Part shown: piece by piece, positions 41,545-63,375 of the stretch
How the letters are laid out: every line of letters begins with the position of its first letter
Numbering within the stretch: the stretch's first letter is position 1
Assembly: GCF_009914755.1 (NCBI RefSeq)
Contig: NC_060936.1
DNA: 64,000 nucleotides
Source: the human T2T-CHM13v2.0 reference genome, Homo sapiens
Reading direction: 5' to 3' (one strand)
The notes under the pieces: generated by a model
The model's input: only the letters and a program-made list of their open reading frames with translations
The model's database searches: none
Told to the model about the DNA's origin: nothing
Made by a program: the position numbers and the translations under genes

Positions 41545-42636
41545 TAAGTATATTCACATTGTTGTGTGACTGATCTCTAGAACGTTTTCATTTTACAAAA
41601 CCAAAACTCCATCCCATTAAACAGATCATTTCTCCCCACACTCCCTGTAACCACTATTTTACTTGCTATTTCTATGAATTAGAAATAGAGCAGGATTTGT
41701 CAGGCATGGTGGCTCGTGCCTGTAATCCCAGCACTTTGGGAGGCCGAGGCCGGCGGATCACCTGGGGTCAGGAGTTCGAGACCAGCCTGACCAACATGGC
41801 AAAACCTGTCTCTATTAAAAATACAAAAATTAGCTAGGCGTGGTGGCACATACCTGTAGTCCCAGCTACTTAGGAGGCTGAGGCAGAAGAATCACCAAGG
41901 AGGTGGAGGTTGCAGTGAGCTGAGATCACACCACTGCATTCCAGCCTGGACGACAGAGCAAGGCTCTGTCTCAAAAAAAAAAAAAAAAATAGAGCAGGAT
42001 TTATTTAGAATAGAGTGGAATCATACTGTAGTTTTTCTTTTTGTAACTGACTTATTTCACTTAGCATAATGTCCTCAAGTTTCGTCTGTGTTGTAGCATG
42101 TGATGAGATTGTCTTCCTTTCTGACAACATCAGGCTCTCTCATGGTTCTTATTTACGGTTCTCTTTTCTTGGAGTACCAACTGTCTGCTTCTCTCTCTAC
42201 CCATCTTCTGTTCATCTGTCAAGTGTCAGCTCTTGGGTGGTAGCGCTTTGATTTCCCAAACAGATCTCAGAATGTTTATTCCTGCCACGCTTTCCCCCAC
42301 ACCATTTCACCATGCATGCTTTCATGAAGTAATTATTTTATTTTAATCATTTGCCTCTCTCCCCATGAAATTCCGTAGCTCTGTAGACAGGAATCGTATC
42401 TTTTCATCTTTGTTTTCCTGCATGTCATAATAATGCTTATGATATAGGAAACATTACTAAAAAAGTGTGGATAGGCTAGGTGTGGTGGCTCACGCCTGTA
42501 ATCCCAGCACTTTGGGAGGCCAAGGTGGGTGGATTGCCTGAGCTCAGGAGTTCAAGCCAGCCTGGCCAAAATGGTGAAACCCCGTCTCTACTAAAATTAG
42601 CTGGGCGTGGTGCACACCTGTAATCCCAGCTACTCA

Positions 42637-42792
<156 letters not shown>

Positions 42793-43292
42793 CTATAGTC
42801 TGTAAAAGGAAGATGTGAGAGCTTTGATGTTAAATGCAAACTTCACACTCATCCTGTAGCTGTTAAACTCCAGTCAAGGCTGGGCATGGTGGCTCGTGCC
42901 TATAATCCCAGTACTTTGGGAGACTGAGGCGGGTGGATCACTTGAGGTCAGGAGTTTGAGACTAGCCTGCCCAACATGGCGAAACCCCATCTCTACTAAA
43001 AATACAAAAATTAGCCGGGCATGGTGGCATGCACCTGTAATCTCAGCTACTCGGGAGGCTGAGGCACAAGAATCACCTAGAAGGTGGAGGTTGCAGTGAG
43101 CTGAGATCGTGCCACTGCACTACAGCCTGGGCAACAGAGCAAGACTTGGTCTCAATAAATAAAAAAACAAACAAACTCCAGTCTATACATGCCTATTGCT
43201 GTCATTTGAATTCTGTATTGGCAAAATTATTTACTTTGGAATATTTCTACATGAGTAGACTCCTCCCTATCCAGTGAGAGATACTCCATTGA

Positions 43293-43553
<261 letters not shown>

Positions 43554-43702
43554 TGATTTAGAGGCAGTATCACTCTATTGCCCAGGCTGGAGTACAGTGG
43601 CGCTCTCTTGGCTCACTGCAGCCTCCACCTCCTGGTTCCAGCGATTCTCATGCCTCAGCCTCTCGAGTAGCTGGGAACACAGGTGTGCACTACAAGGCCT
43701 AG

Positions 43703-43876
<174 letters not shown>

Positions 43877-43881
43877 TAATT

Positions 43882-44262
43882 CTCTTAGGTTGTATTCTCT
43901 AGGAAGTGGACTCTGAGATGGAGATTTGCCTTCACGGTAGTTACTGGAGAAGCTCTCTGGAATAATAGCTATGAGCAGATTTGGGCAGAGGTAGAATATG
44001 AACGGATACTGTGGTAACAGAAGCCTTAACCAACCCCCATAGGGAGCACTAAGGATAGGGTGGTCTTTCGGCAGCAAAGGACTGAGAATTTTGTGTCCCC
44101 ACATTGACCAGTCATAGGATGCAGGTAGTCCCCAGGGAGGGTATGTAAACTTGGGAGAAGAAGCCCCCTTCAGCCAAGTGTCATTTTTCAGAGAAAAACT
44201 GAGCTCCTGGGAGATATGGTCACAAGAAGGAGTCATAGCAGTACACTACATGTTCCATTACA
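43882..44262 (-). mobile_element. ERVL-class LTR (LTR40/41-like), putative 3' LTR
   Basis: cttaggttg..gactctgagatggagatttgc..cattgaccagtcat..ends gcagtacactacatgttccattaca; homologous to 51467-51848. Confidence 0.7.
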
Positions 44263-45904
44263 GTGCTCTTCTGTGTGTGTGTGCTGGGAGTGAGAGGGTA
44301 AAATACACATAGCAGCACACTCCATGTTCCATTACAGTGCTCTTCTGTGTGTGCTGGGAGTGAGGGTAAAATACACATAGCAGCACACTCCATGCTCCAT
44401 TACAGTGCACTTCTGTGTGTGTGTGCTGGGAGTGAGAGGGTAAACACACATAGCAGCACCCTCCATGCTCCATTACAGTGCACTTCTGTGTGTGTGTGCT
44501 GGGAGTGAGAGGGTAAAACACACATAGCAGCACCCTCCATGCTCCATTACAGTGCTCTTCTGTGTGTGTGTGCTGGGAGTGAGAGGGTAAAATACACATA
44601 GCAGCACACTCCATGTTCCATTACAGTGCTCTTCTGTGTGTGTGTGCTGGGAGTGAGAGGGTAAAATACACATAGCAGCACACTCCATGTTCCATTACAG
44701 TGCTCTTCTGTGTGTGTGTGCTGGGAGTGAGAGGGTAAACACACATAGCAGCACACTCCATGTTCCATTACAGTGCACTTCTGTGTGTGTGTGCTGGGAG
44801 TGAGAGGGTAAAACACACATAGCAGCACCCTCCATGCTCCATTACAGTGCTCTTCTGTGTGTGCTGGGAGTGAGAGGGTAAAATACACATAGCAGCACAC
44901 TCCATGTTCCATTACAGTGCTCTTCTGTGTGTGTGTGCTGGGAGTGAGAGGGTAAAACACACATAGCAGCACACTCCATGCTCCATTACAGTGCACTTCT
45001 GTGTGTGTGTGCTGGGAGTGAGAGGGTAAAACACACATAGCAGCACCCTCCATGCTCCATTACAGTGCTCTTCTGTGTGTGTGTGCTGGGAGTGAGAGGG
45101 TAAACACACATAGCAGCACCCTCCATGCTCCATTACAGTGCACTTCTGTGTGTGTGTGCTGGGAGTGAGAGGGTAAAATACATAGCAGCACCCTCCATGC
45201 TCCATTACAGTGCACTTCTGTGTGTGTGTGCTGGGAGTGAGAGGGTAAAATACACATAGCAGCACCCTCCATGCTCCATTACAGTGCTCTTCTGTGTGTG
45301 TGTGCTGGGAGTGAGAGGGTAAAATACACATAGCAGCACCCTCCATGTTCCATTACAGTGCACTTCTGTGTGTGTGTGCTGGGAGTGAGAGGGTAAAATA
45401 CACATAGCAGCACCCTCCATGTTCCATTACAGTGCTCTTCTGTGTGTGTGTGCTGGGAGTGAGAGGGTAAACACACATAGCAGCACCCTCCATACTCCAT
45501 TACAGTGCTCTTCTGTGTGTGTGTGCTGGGAGTGAGAGGGTAAATACACACATAGCAGCACACTCCATGCTCCATTACAGTGCTCTTCTGTGTGTGCTGG
45601 GAGTGAGAGGGTAAAATACACATAGCAGCACCCTCCATGTTCCATTACAGTGCACTTCTGTGTGTGTGTGCTGGGAGTGAGAGGGTAAAATACACATAGC
45701 AGCACCCTCCATGCTCCATTACAGTGCTCTTCTGTGTGTGTGTGCTGGGAGTGAGAGGGTAAAATACACATAGCAGCACCCTCCATGCTCCATTACAGTG
45801 CTCTTCTGTGTGTGTGTGCTGGGAGTGAGAGGGTAAATACACACATAGCAGCACACTCCATGCTCCATTACAGTGCTCTTCTGTGTGTGTGTGCTGGGAG
45901 TGAG

Positions 45905-45924
<20 letters not shown>
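44234..45924. repeat. Minisatellite/VNTR, ~74-bp unit, ~23 copies, in a CCDC77 intron
   Basis: Unit catgYtccattacagtgcWcttc(tg)4-6ctgggagtgagagggtaaaaYacacatagcagcacMctc; 23 copies of cattacagtg counted from 44256 to 45866. Confidence 0.98.
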
Positions 45925-48735
<2,811 letters not shown>

Positions 48736-48877
48736 TGACTAATTTTTGTATTTTTTGTAGAGACAGGGTTTTTCCATATTGCCCAGGCTGATCTCGAAGT
48801 CCTGAGCTCAAGCAATCTGCCCTCCTCAGCCTCCCAAAGTGCTGGGATGTCAAGCGTGAGCCACCGCGCCCAGCCTC

Positions 48878-51085
<2,208 letters not shown>

Positions 51086-51304
51086 AATCCCTTTTTATGT
51101 TGTTTTTTTTAATTAATTAATTTTTTTTTTTTTTTTTGAGACAGAGTCTTGCTCTGTCGCCCAGGCCAGAGTGCGGTGGTGCAATCTTGGCTCACTGCAA
51201 ACTCCACCTCCCGGGTTCAAGTGATTCTTGTGCTTCAGCCTCCTGAGTAGCTGGGATTACAGGTGCACGCCACCACGCCCAGATAAATTTTGCATTTTTA
51301 GTAG

Positions 51305-51430
<126 letters not shown>

Positions 51431-51466
51431 TAGCGTTTGCTTCCTTGGCCCAGTCCAGACCTAAGC

Positions 51467-51848
51467 TATCTTAGGTTGAGTTCTCTGGGAAACAGACTGT
51501 ACAGTGGAGATTTGCTTGCAGGAATTTTATTGGGAAGTGAGGGAACTTAAACTGGGATTCAGTTGCAGCAGGCCTCGTCCAACACGATAGGGATCTCTGA
51601 AGCTGGGATGGCTCTTCAGAGATATCCTGAACTGAGCAAGGGGATTGGATTTTTGTGTTTCCTCATTGACCAGGCACTGGATATGGGCTGTCCCTGAGGA
51701 ATGAGAGGCAGAAACTTGGGTGAGGCAGTTCCCTTGTCTGGGGATTCAACTACAAGCTATCAGCAGGCAGCATTCCTGGCAGTTGGCAGAATGAGCCCAT
51801 CAGCCCCGAAGAGCAAGATCTGAGCAGTAACCCTCAGCAGCCACTACC
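51467..51848 (-). mobile_element. ERVL-class LTR, putative 5' LTR
   Basis: cttaggttgagttctctgggaaacagact..ggagatttgcttgcagg..cattgaccag..cagcagccactac; same family and orientation as 43882-44262. Confidence 0.7.
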
Positions 51849-51938
51849 ATTCCCTTTTAGAATTAGCTAAGAAGTGGCCGGGCGCAGTGGCTCCCGCCTG
51901 TAATCCCAGCACTTTGGGAGGCCGAGGCAGGCAGATCA

Positions 51939-52266
<328 letters not shown>

Positions 52267-52384
52267 CTATTCAATTTTAATTTGAGGTTACTGTTTTAAT
52301 TTGGGGTTACAATTGTTTTAAAAAAAAAAATAGAAGGGAGATCCTTTAAACAGAAAAAGGTTACTTACTTGGGACATTTAATAA

Positions 52385-52561
<177 letters not shown>

Positions 52562-53126
52562 TAAGGCCCATCATCAGAAGAACTTTAGTATCCGCTGGAG
52601 AAGGCAGATGGAGAATTAGCCATCACAGTGCCTTGTTTGCCTGAGTTTTTAAAGCATTTTTCTTCGAAAACCTTGGGAAGTAGCATTATTTACCCCATTT
52701 CAATGTTTAGAAACCTGAAGCACAGAGGGGTGGCTGTTTTAGCTGAGACAGAGAGGAAAGCAGGAGCAGACTGTGTGTGGGAGCAAGTTTTGATGCTTAA
52801 GTTTCTTTTTAAATCTTTGTTTATACTGATTACAAATGTAATCCATGGTCTTTATTAAAAACAAACACAGAGTATAGTAATCTATCATATAAAAGTGGCA
52901 GGTTCTCATAATCCTATACCCCAGAGATAATCCATTAGTAATAGTTTGGTGTATATACTTCCATCTCTTTCTTCATTCCTATAGAAATAGTTATGTGTCT
53001 GTGTATACTATTTCTATTTTTTCACTTCTATAAACAGTTCCTGAGCATTTTTATACATATCTGTATACGTATACTTCTGTTTTCTAAAGGTCCTTGGCCA
53101 AGAGCTACTTTTTTTTTTTTTTTTGA

Positions 53127-53447
<321 letters not shown>

Positions 53448-53607
53448 TAGAGCTGAGGTCTTGGTATGTTGCCTAGGCTGGACTCACACTTCTGGGCTTA
53501 AGCACCATCCTTCCACTCTAGCCAGCCTTCCAAGTAGCTGGAACTACAGGGGTGCACCACTGTGCCCCAAGCTGTTTTTGTTTTTGTTTTTAATCATATA
53601 TTACTAA

Positions 53608-53767
<160 letters not shown>

Positions 53768-54258
53768 TAGCTGGGATTACAGGCATGTGCCACCACGCCT
53801 GGCTAATTTTGTATTTTTTATAGAGATGGGGTTTCTCCATGTTGGTTAGGCTGGTCTTGAACTCCCGACCTCAGGTGATCCGCCCACCTTGGCCTCCCAA
53901 AGTGCTGAGATTATAGGCATGAGCCACCGCACCTGGCCTTATTTTTATTTTTTTAGAAACAAAGTCTCATTTTGTTGCCCAGGTTGGAGTGCAGTGGAGT
54001 GATCATAACTCACTGCAGCCTTAAGCTCCTAAGCTTAAGCAATCCTCCCACCTTAGCCTCCTGAGTAGCGGGGACCACAGGCACATGCCACCACACCTGG
54101 CCTACCTTTTTAAGTTTATATTGTCAACACAGGGTTTTATCCAGTTTGCTACTTTGCCTGTGTGGTCTGTCATGTGCATGACATCCTTATATGATCATAT
54201 CAGTTTTGACTAATTTAACTTCTAGTGTTCAATCTGCAGAACTAAGGCTGAAAAGTAA

Positions 54259-54402
<144 letters not shown>

Positions 54403-54435
54403 TAGAAATTCTCATCAATGCAGAATTGAAAATCA

Positions 54436-54576
<141 letters not shown>

Positions 54577-54881
54577 CTAGCCGGGTGTGGTGGCAGGCGC
54601 CTGTAATCCTAGCTATTTGGGAGGCTGAGGCAGGAGGATTTCTTGAACCTGGGAGGCGGAGGTTGCAGTGAGCTGAGATCGTGCCATTGCGTGACAGAGC
54701 AAGACTATCTCCAAAAAAAAAAAAAAAAAAACAGAACACACAATTGGAAATGTTTTCCTACTGTACAGTGATAATTGATGTTCATAATGATGCCTTTGGT
54801 GGTCTAATGTCTTAATGAGCTTCTTGAATCATCCAAGGAATTAAATTTTGCTCAGTTCTTTTTTTTTTTTTTTTCTTTTGA

Positions 54882-54986
<105 letters not shown>

Positions 54987-55487
54987 TGAGTAGCTAGGAC
55001 GACAGGCATATGCCACCACACCTGGCTAATTTATTGTATTGTATTTTACTTTGTGTAGGAAGGGGTTCTCACTATGTCACTCAGGCTGGTTTTGAACTCC
55101 TGGCTTCAAGTGATTGTCCTGCTTTGGCCTCCCAAAGCACTGAGATTACAGGCATGAGCCACAACACCTGGCCTTATTCTGATCGAATAGGATTTACTAA
55201 GAAAATAGACACAACTATTTTAGTGGTTGATTCTAAGGAAAATTTAGTGGTTGATTCTGCCAGAAGATGAATATGATTATTTAGGTGACATCCTGCAGAG
55301 TTCCCTTATAGAGATTCCTATTTGAAAAGTTAAGCACTATGATTATGATGTTTCCCTTTGTCTTCCGAATCCCTTCATTAGTGAGAACCCCTTCATTACC
55401 CTTACAGGTAAATGAATCTGAACTCCTCTGCGTGGGAAATACTGATATTTCAATAGCACACAGAAAAGCTGGGTAAAATCTTCTTGA

Positions 55488-55676
<189 letters not shown>

Positions 55677-56817
55677 TGATAAGTATCTCCTTGCACACAG
55701 GTTACATCTAAGCATCATGTGGTTAAGAAAATTGAGATTGTTCCTAATTTCTAAGAGCTTATATTTTGAAACCATCCTTTTCTATTTGAACATTCTTAAG
55801 GTGCTACTCTGAACCTTCAATTCAATATACTAAGCCCCATCCACCAAAACCATTACAAGGTAAGAATTCACTGGCCTAGGGATATGCAGAGATTGCAGAG
55901 GGAAGCTTGTCTATGCTGATAGATCAACATTTGATGGTATATTCATTTATTTAGTGCTTAGGTTCCAAAGTCTAGGAAAGTAATGAACTGTTCTCTTACC
56001 TCCTGGTTATGTGTCATTTGGAACCATGATTTTTCATCTAGTTGCACTAAAGTTTCTGTCTTTACTGTGTTAAATCTCTGTTGATTTAAATGACAGTTTC
56101 TACCTTTGGCCAGTATCTCCATGTGGAGTCATGACAACCAGACACAGAGAAGGAAATTACATTATATTCATTTTGCTCTGCTTTTTGAAACCAAAAACTA
56201 AGAAAAGAGTCATTTTGCTTCTGTGCAGGAAGGGTGTCTTAAAGGGAGACAGTCAAGGGAGATAGTGAAAAGGCAAAAATCACAGGGTGAGAAAACTGGA
56301 TTTTGTAGCTTTGTTTGTGTGTTGTAGATGCTGGGTTTCGTTTGGACAAAGAATCTACTCTTGTATAGCCTAACCCCATTTATAAGACATTAAGAGGAAC
56401 TGGGCTGGGCATAGTAATGCCTGTAATCCCAGCATTTTGGGAGGCCAAGGCGAGTTGATTGCTGGAGCCCAAAAGTTCGAGACCAGCCTGGACAACATAG
56501 TGAGACCCCATCTCTACAAAAATTAAAAATGAAATTAGCTGGGTGTGGTGGTACACACCTGTAGTCCTGGAGGCTGAGGCAGGGAGGACTGCTTGAGCCC
56601 AGGGGGTTGAGGCTGCAGTGAGCTATGATCACGCCCACTGCACTCCAGCCTGGGGGACAGAGCAAGACCTTGTCTTGAAATGAACAAGAGGATTAGGATT
56701 GAGATGTTTTTGTTTGTGTTTGTTTTTTAATTTTTCTGGAGAAAGGCTCACTTTTCCTAGAGGTATGAAGTAAGTGGAAGTAGGGCTGGATTCCTCACCC
56801 CTTTTTGGCCTGTCTAG

Positions 56818-56967
<150 letters not shown>

Positions 56968-57428
56968 TGAGTGTCTAAGAAAGCTGTACCTAACGGGTAT
57001 TGTATTTTTCTGAGTGACTTAAAAGTTAACATTTTGTACTTGAACAACAGCGGGTCATAGAACTAAAGGGAGCCTTGAAAAGACTGTCTTCCTCAGAAAC
57101 CCCCGCCTCTACGTAGGTGAGTACCTCGCTTTTCCAGGCGTGCTGTTGAAGAGCTGATGAGTATTTCACGTGCTCCTTTTAATCCATTTTGGTGTTTTAG
57201 CTTGCTTCTGGTGGCTAAGAAGTGTTCTTAGGCCGGGTGCAGTGGCTCACGCCTGTAATCGCTCCTGCCTGGGTGACAGAGTGAGACCCTGTCTCAAAAA
57301 AAAAAAAAAAGTGTTCTTTTATCCACTGATATACTATCTGACTCAATGTAGTAAGACCCTTTTCTTTTGTTTGCCCCTTCATGAATATGGAAAACATGAG
57401 TTTACATATCTAAAAAAAACTGCACACT

Positions 57429-57853
57429 CAGTATTTTAATCAGAACTCTGCCGGTGCTTTTATCTAGAGACATGTTATCATTTTTGGCTTCTATGAAATT
57501 TTTGTCCCAAGAAAGGCAGGATTATATTTTTTTCTAACAGATTGAGTTGGTGTAGTGTATTCTTGGTTATCAAAATACTCATATAGCTTTGGGATTTTGA
57601 ATTGGTAAATATCTATGATGTGTGAAACAGCATGATACATACTGTACGATCTCAAGCCCATAAAATTGGATGTTGTGTCTACACACACGCAGGACGTAGA
57701 ACGTCCTGTAAACTTTACAGTTTACAAACTGTAAAGTGCTTCTGATTGTGGATGACTTTGTTCTTTGCTTCTTGTGTGTTTTAGTTTCCTATAATGCACA
57801 TACTTTAAAAAAAAAAGGTTATTTTTAAAATCTGAAAAAATAAAAACAAAAAA
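57429..57853 (+). pseudogene. Probable 5'-truncated processed pseudogene of mRNA 3'UTR only (parent uncertain; resembles SINHCAF/FAM60A 3'UTR from recall)
   Basis: Non-TE AT-rich UTR-like sequence ending aaaaaaaaaaggttatttttaaaatctg then an A-rich tail; possible diverged TSD aaaaactgcacactc / aaaaatggcaaactc. Confidence 0.55.
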
Positions 57854-57979
57854 TGGCAAACTCTGTCCTCATTGTTTTTGTTCCTAACCTGCTTACCTTT
57901 CTTTACCTGTCTGCAGTCTGACTTCATCCCCACCATTTTACTAAACATGCCCTTTCTGGGGTTCTGGGGTCACCATTGA

Positions 57980-58302
<323 letters not shown>

Positions 58303-58574
58303 TAACTTCTGAGACCAGTTATATCTCTTCAGTTCAGTCCTTATTATACTTAGTATCTTCCTGCATGTTTGGCATCACTGATCAGCCCCTCCTTGTAATT
58401 CATTTCCCTTGATTTCTGCAGCACCTGTCTTTCTTGGTTCTTCTACCTATCTAACCCCTTCACCCTTTTGCCTGGTTCCAGTGGCCAGACCTATGCCATA
58501 AGGACATCCTCAGTTGAATGTGTTTGAGCATGTCAGATTTACCATTACTGAAACCACGCTGTTGTTTCTCCCAA

Positions 58575-58970
58575 CAAATGCTCCCATCCCCGTCTCAAAC
58601 CTACTTTTCTGTTTTTCATCTAGTTTCATGGTATCACATGTATTCCGTTTCCAAATGCTCCCATCCCCGTCTCAAGCCTACTTCTTTCTGTGTTTCATCT
58701 AGTTTCATGGTATCACATGTATTCCATTTCCAAATGCTCCCATCCCCGTCTCAAGCCTACTTCTTTCTGTGTTTCATCTAGTTTCATGGTATCACATGTA
58801 TTCCGTTTCCAAATGCTCCCATCCCCGTCTCAAGCCTACTTCTTTCTGTGTTTCATCTAGTTTCATGGTATCTCATGTATTCCGTTTCCAAATGCTCCCA
58901 TCCCCGTCTCAAGCCTACTTCTTTCTGTGTTTCATCTAGTTTCATGGTATCACATGTATTCCGTTTCCCA
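58575..58970. repeat. Minisatellite, 79-bp unit x5, within L2-derived sequence
   Basis: caaatgctcccatccccgtctcaa recurs at 58575, 58652, 58731, 58810, 58889. Confidence 0.97.
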
Positions 58971-59077
58971 AGCTTGAAACCACAGGATCATCTTCAACTC
59001 TTAACTTTCTTATTCCTTAATTCCAAACCCTATGAATTATAAGCCTAAAAACCCCCTCAAGTCCATTCTCTGCTCTC

Positions 59078-59281
59078 TGATATAGGCAGTTCTACATGGA
59101 GCACAACATACACAAAAGCAAAGCTGTTTTTGATACTACAGAACTTGTGTTAACTTGTCAGAACTCCACAACTTAGTACTTCCTTGTCTTATTCCTAGGA
59201 ATGGTCCATACTTATGCAGGCTATGTGTAAATATCCCTGTAGTCCTTCTAATCATATAACCCGAAGTTAGCACTCAGGAAA
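59078..59281 (+). repeat. Copy 1 of ~205-bp dispersed direct duplication (copy 2 at 61466-61670)
   Basis: Manual alignment: ~16 differences in ~205 bp. Confidence 0.95.
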
Positions 59282-59322
59282 ATATCTCCTGTCTGATTGT
59301 TTTGTTTCATTTTTTCCAGTAA

Positions 59323-59517
<195 letters not shown>

Positions 59518-59654
59518 TAGTCTCAAACTCCTGGTTTCAAGCAATCCTCTCACCTCAGCCTCCTGAAGCACTGAGATTACAGACATGAGCCACTGTGCCC
59601 AGCCTTGCACTCTCATTCTTAGTACATTAATTCAAACTCTATTCCTTTGTTTAA

Positions 59655-59926
<272 letters not shown>

Positions 59927-61465
59927 TGATCTGCCCGCCTCGGCCTCCCAAAGTGCTGGGATTTCCTTCTTAGTAGAGACAGGGTTTCACCATGTTGGCC
60001 AAGCTGGTCTCGATCCTGACCTCAGGTAACCTGCCCACCTCAGCCTCCCAAAGTGTTGGGATTACAGGCGGGAGCCATCGCGCCCGGTCTGCTATGTTTC
60101 TTTTAACATAGTATAATGTGTTTGCATTTGGCCAGTATTTCTCCACCTTCATTTTTATTTTTAGTATTTTTGCACTTAAGTATAGCATCTTGACATTTCA
60201 ATGGGTTTTGTTTTTAAGGAACAGATATTTTAATATTGTCATAGTAATTTGTAATTTTATATCTGTTTTCCAGAATACCAGTAACCTTCCTTGTTTAGCG
60301 TTATCTGCATATCTGAGCACATGATCGGTTCCTTCCATTAGATGGATCTTCCTAAGAAGGGCATGAAATCCAGGGCCGTTAATGACTGCCCTTTGGGTAT
60401 CACTTTCAAGCTACTTGTATTTTAACAAGCCTATAGTTTCCCAGTTTGAGATTGAGAAGATAATGTAAGACAGAATAAAATAACTCATTGAAAGTGAGAG
60501 AGACCCTTGTGGTAATTGAATCAATCTCTCTCTACATACACATGCACACATACCTGACTGTATATATTCACCTTGTGACATTTACTCTACTGTGTGCTTG
60601 GCACTCTGCTGTCATTTCCTCTTATCTGTGCACTCTGTTACTCATGAAAATAAGTGGATCTCACATTATTTGTTTGGTAGAAAAATACAGTGATTGCTTC
60701 ATGGTATTTAATACTCTTGCAAGCAGCCAGATCATTCAGTATAGCATTTTTCTGGGTGGTAATGTTAAACTGATGAGTTGCTAACTTCCAGGGATATTGT
60801 TTTTTAAAGATAGAGACGTTGTCTATTCCTAAATTTCAGGAAATAGTCACCATGAATCTGTTAACTGCCTGTGTATGTCCAGTAGTTAGTATTATCCTTG
60901 ACAATCTCATGGCATTGGGGCAAAAATAATAAATAAGGTATATGCTTTCACTCAGGCTGGGAAAAAGTGCATGTTGACAGTTAAAATATGACAGATGAGC
61001 AAGTGTTGAATTATAAGACAAGGGAACATTAACCTGGGATGGAGTTTCAGAGAATGGAGGAATTAAAATAGGCTAAAGTTGTTGGAAATGACTTCATACA
61101 GGAAGTTGATTTTTAAAAAAGTAGGCCAGGTGCAGTGGTTCACACTTGTAATCCCAGTATTTTGGGAGGCTGGGGCGAGAGGAGTGTATGAGCCCAGGAG
61201 TTCCAGACCAGACAAGCCTAAGGAACATAGCAAGACCCCATCTCCACACACACACAAATTTTTAATGAGCTGGCAAACACCCTGGGAGGTGGTCCCAGCT
61301 GCTTAGGAGGCTGAGACAGAAGGATTGCTTGAGCCCAGAAGGTCAGGGCTGCTGTGAGCTGTGATCGTGCCTCTGCACTCCAACCTACGTGACAGAGCAA
61401 GACCCTGTCTTAAAAAAAAAAAAAAAAAAAAAAGTTCTTTTTAAAATAAACAAAGGATAAGATTT

Positions 61466-61670
61466 TGATATAGGCAGTTCTACATGGAGCACAGCATACA
61501 CAAAAGCAAAGCTGTTTTTGATACTATAGAATTTGTATTAACTTGTCAGAACACCGTGATTTAGTTCTTCCTTGTCTTATTCCTAGGAATGGTCCATAGT
61601 TAACGCAGGCTATGTGTAAATATCCCTGTAGTCCTTCTAATCATATAATCTGAAGTTCGCACTCAGGAAA
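61466..61670 (+). repeat. Copy 2 of ~205-bp dispersed direct duplication
   Basis: tgatataggcagttctacatggagcac...gcactcaggaaa shared with 59078-59281. Confidence 0.95.
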
Positions 61671-61840
61671 GTACCTGTAAAGACCAGTCTATGAACCAGT
61701 GAGCATGGGTAGATACATTATACTTTGCCCAGTAAAACATGTAAGATTGCCAGTGATCAGATTTTTAAACCTGCTAATATTTTACAAAATTTATATATCA
61801 CACCATTTTAAAAGAACCACTCTCTTCCATTTTGGAATAA

Positions 61841-62203
<363 letters not shown>

Positions 62204-62473
62204 TAAGATCCATTCAGTCCAGGAAGCTCTGGTAGCAGCTGCCTCAAGAACTAGGTTTCAAAGAGCAGCTGATCGTTGTAGTATTTGGGGATTCAAAATA
62301 TTAGACTTGTTGATTCATTCATTCATTCATTCAACAAATATTTATTGTACTCCTGGCCGGGCACAGTGGTTCACGCCTGTAATCCCAGCACTTTGGGAGG
62401 CCTAGGTGGGCAAATCGTGAGGTCAGGAGTTCAAGACCAGCCTGGCCAACATGGTGAAACCCCGTCTCTACTA

Positions 62474-62686
<213 letters not shown>

Positions 62687-62798
62687 CTATGGGTTAGGCC
62701 CTAGAGTTACAGTAATCTAAACAAGGTCTTCCCTCATGGTGTTTACATTTTAATGGGTGAGAAAAAACAGAAACATTAGCAAATAACTAAGAAAATTA

Positions 62799-63375
<577 letters not shown>

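Noticed and set aside
55213-55400. Short direct duplications (tttagtggttgattct x2; cccttcatta x2)
   Set aside because: Ordinary slippage-scale duplications with no functional hint.
59078-59281. Duplicated intronic snoRNA
   Set aside because: No convincing box C/D pair with terminal stem, or H/ACA layout, seen by eye; an Rfam search would be needed to revive this.
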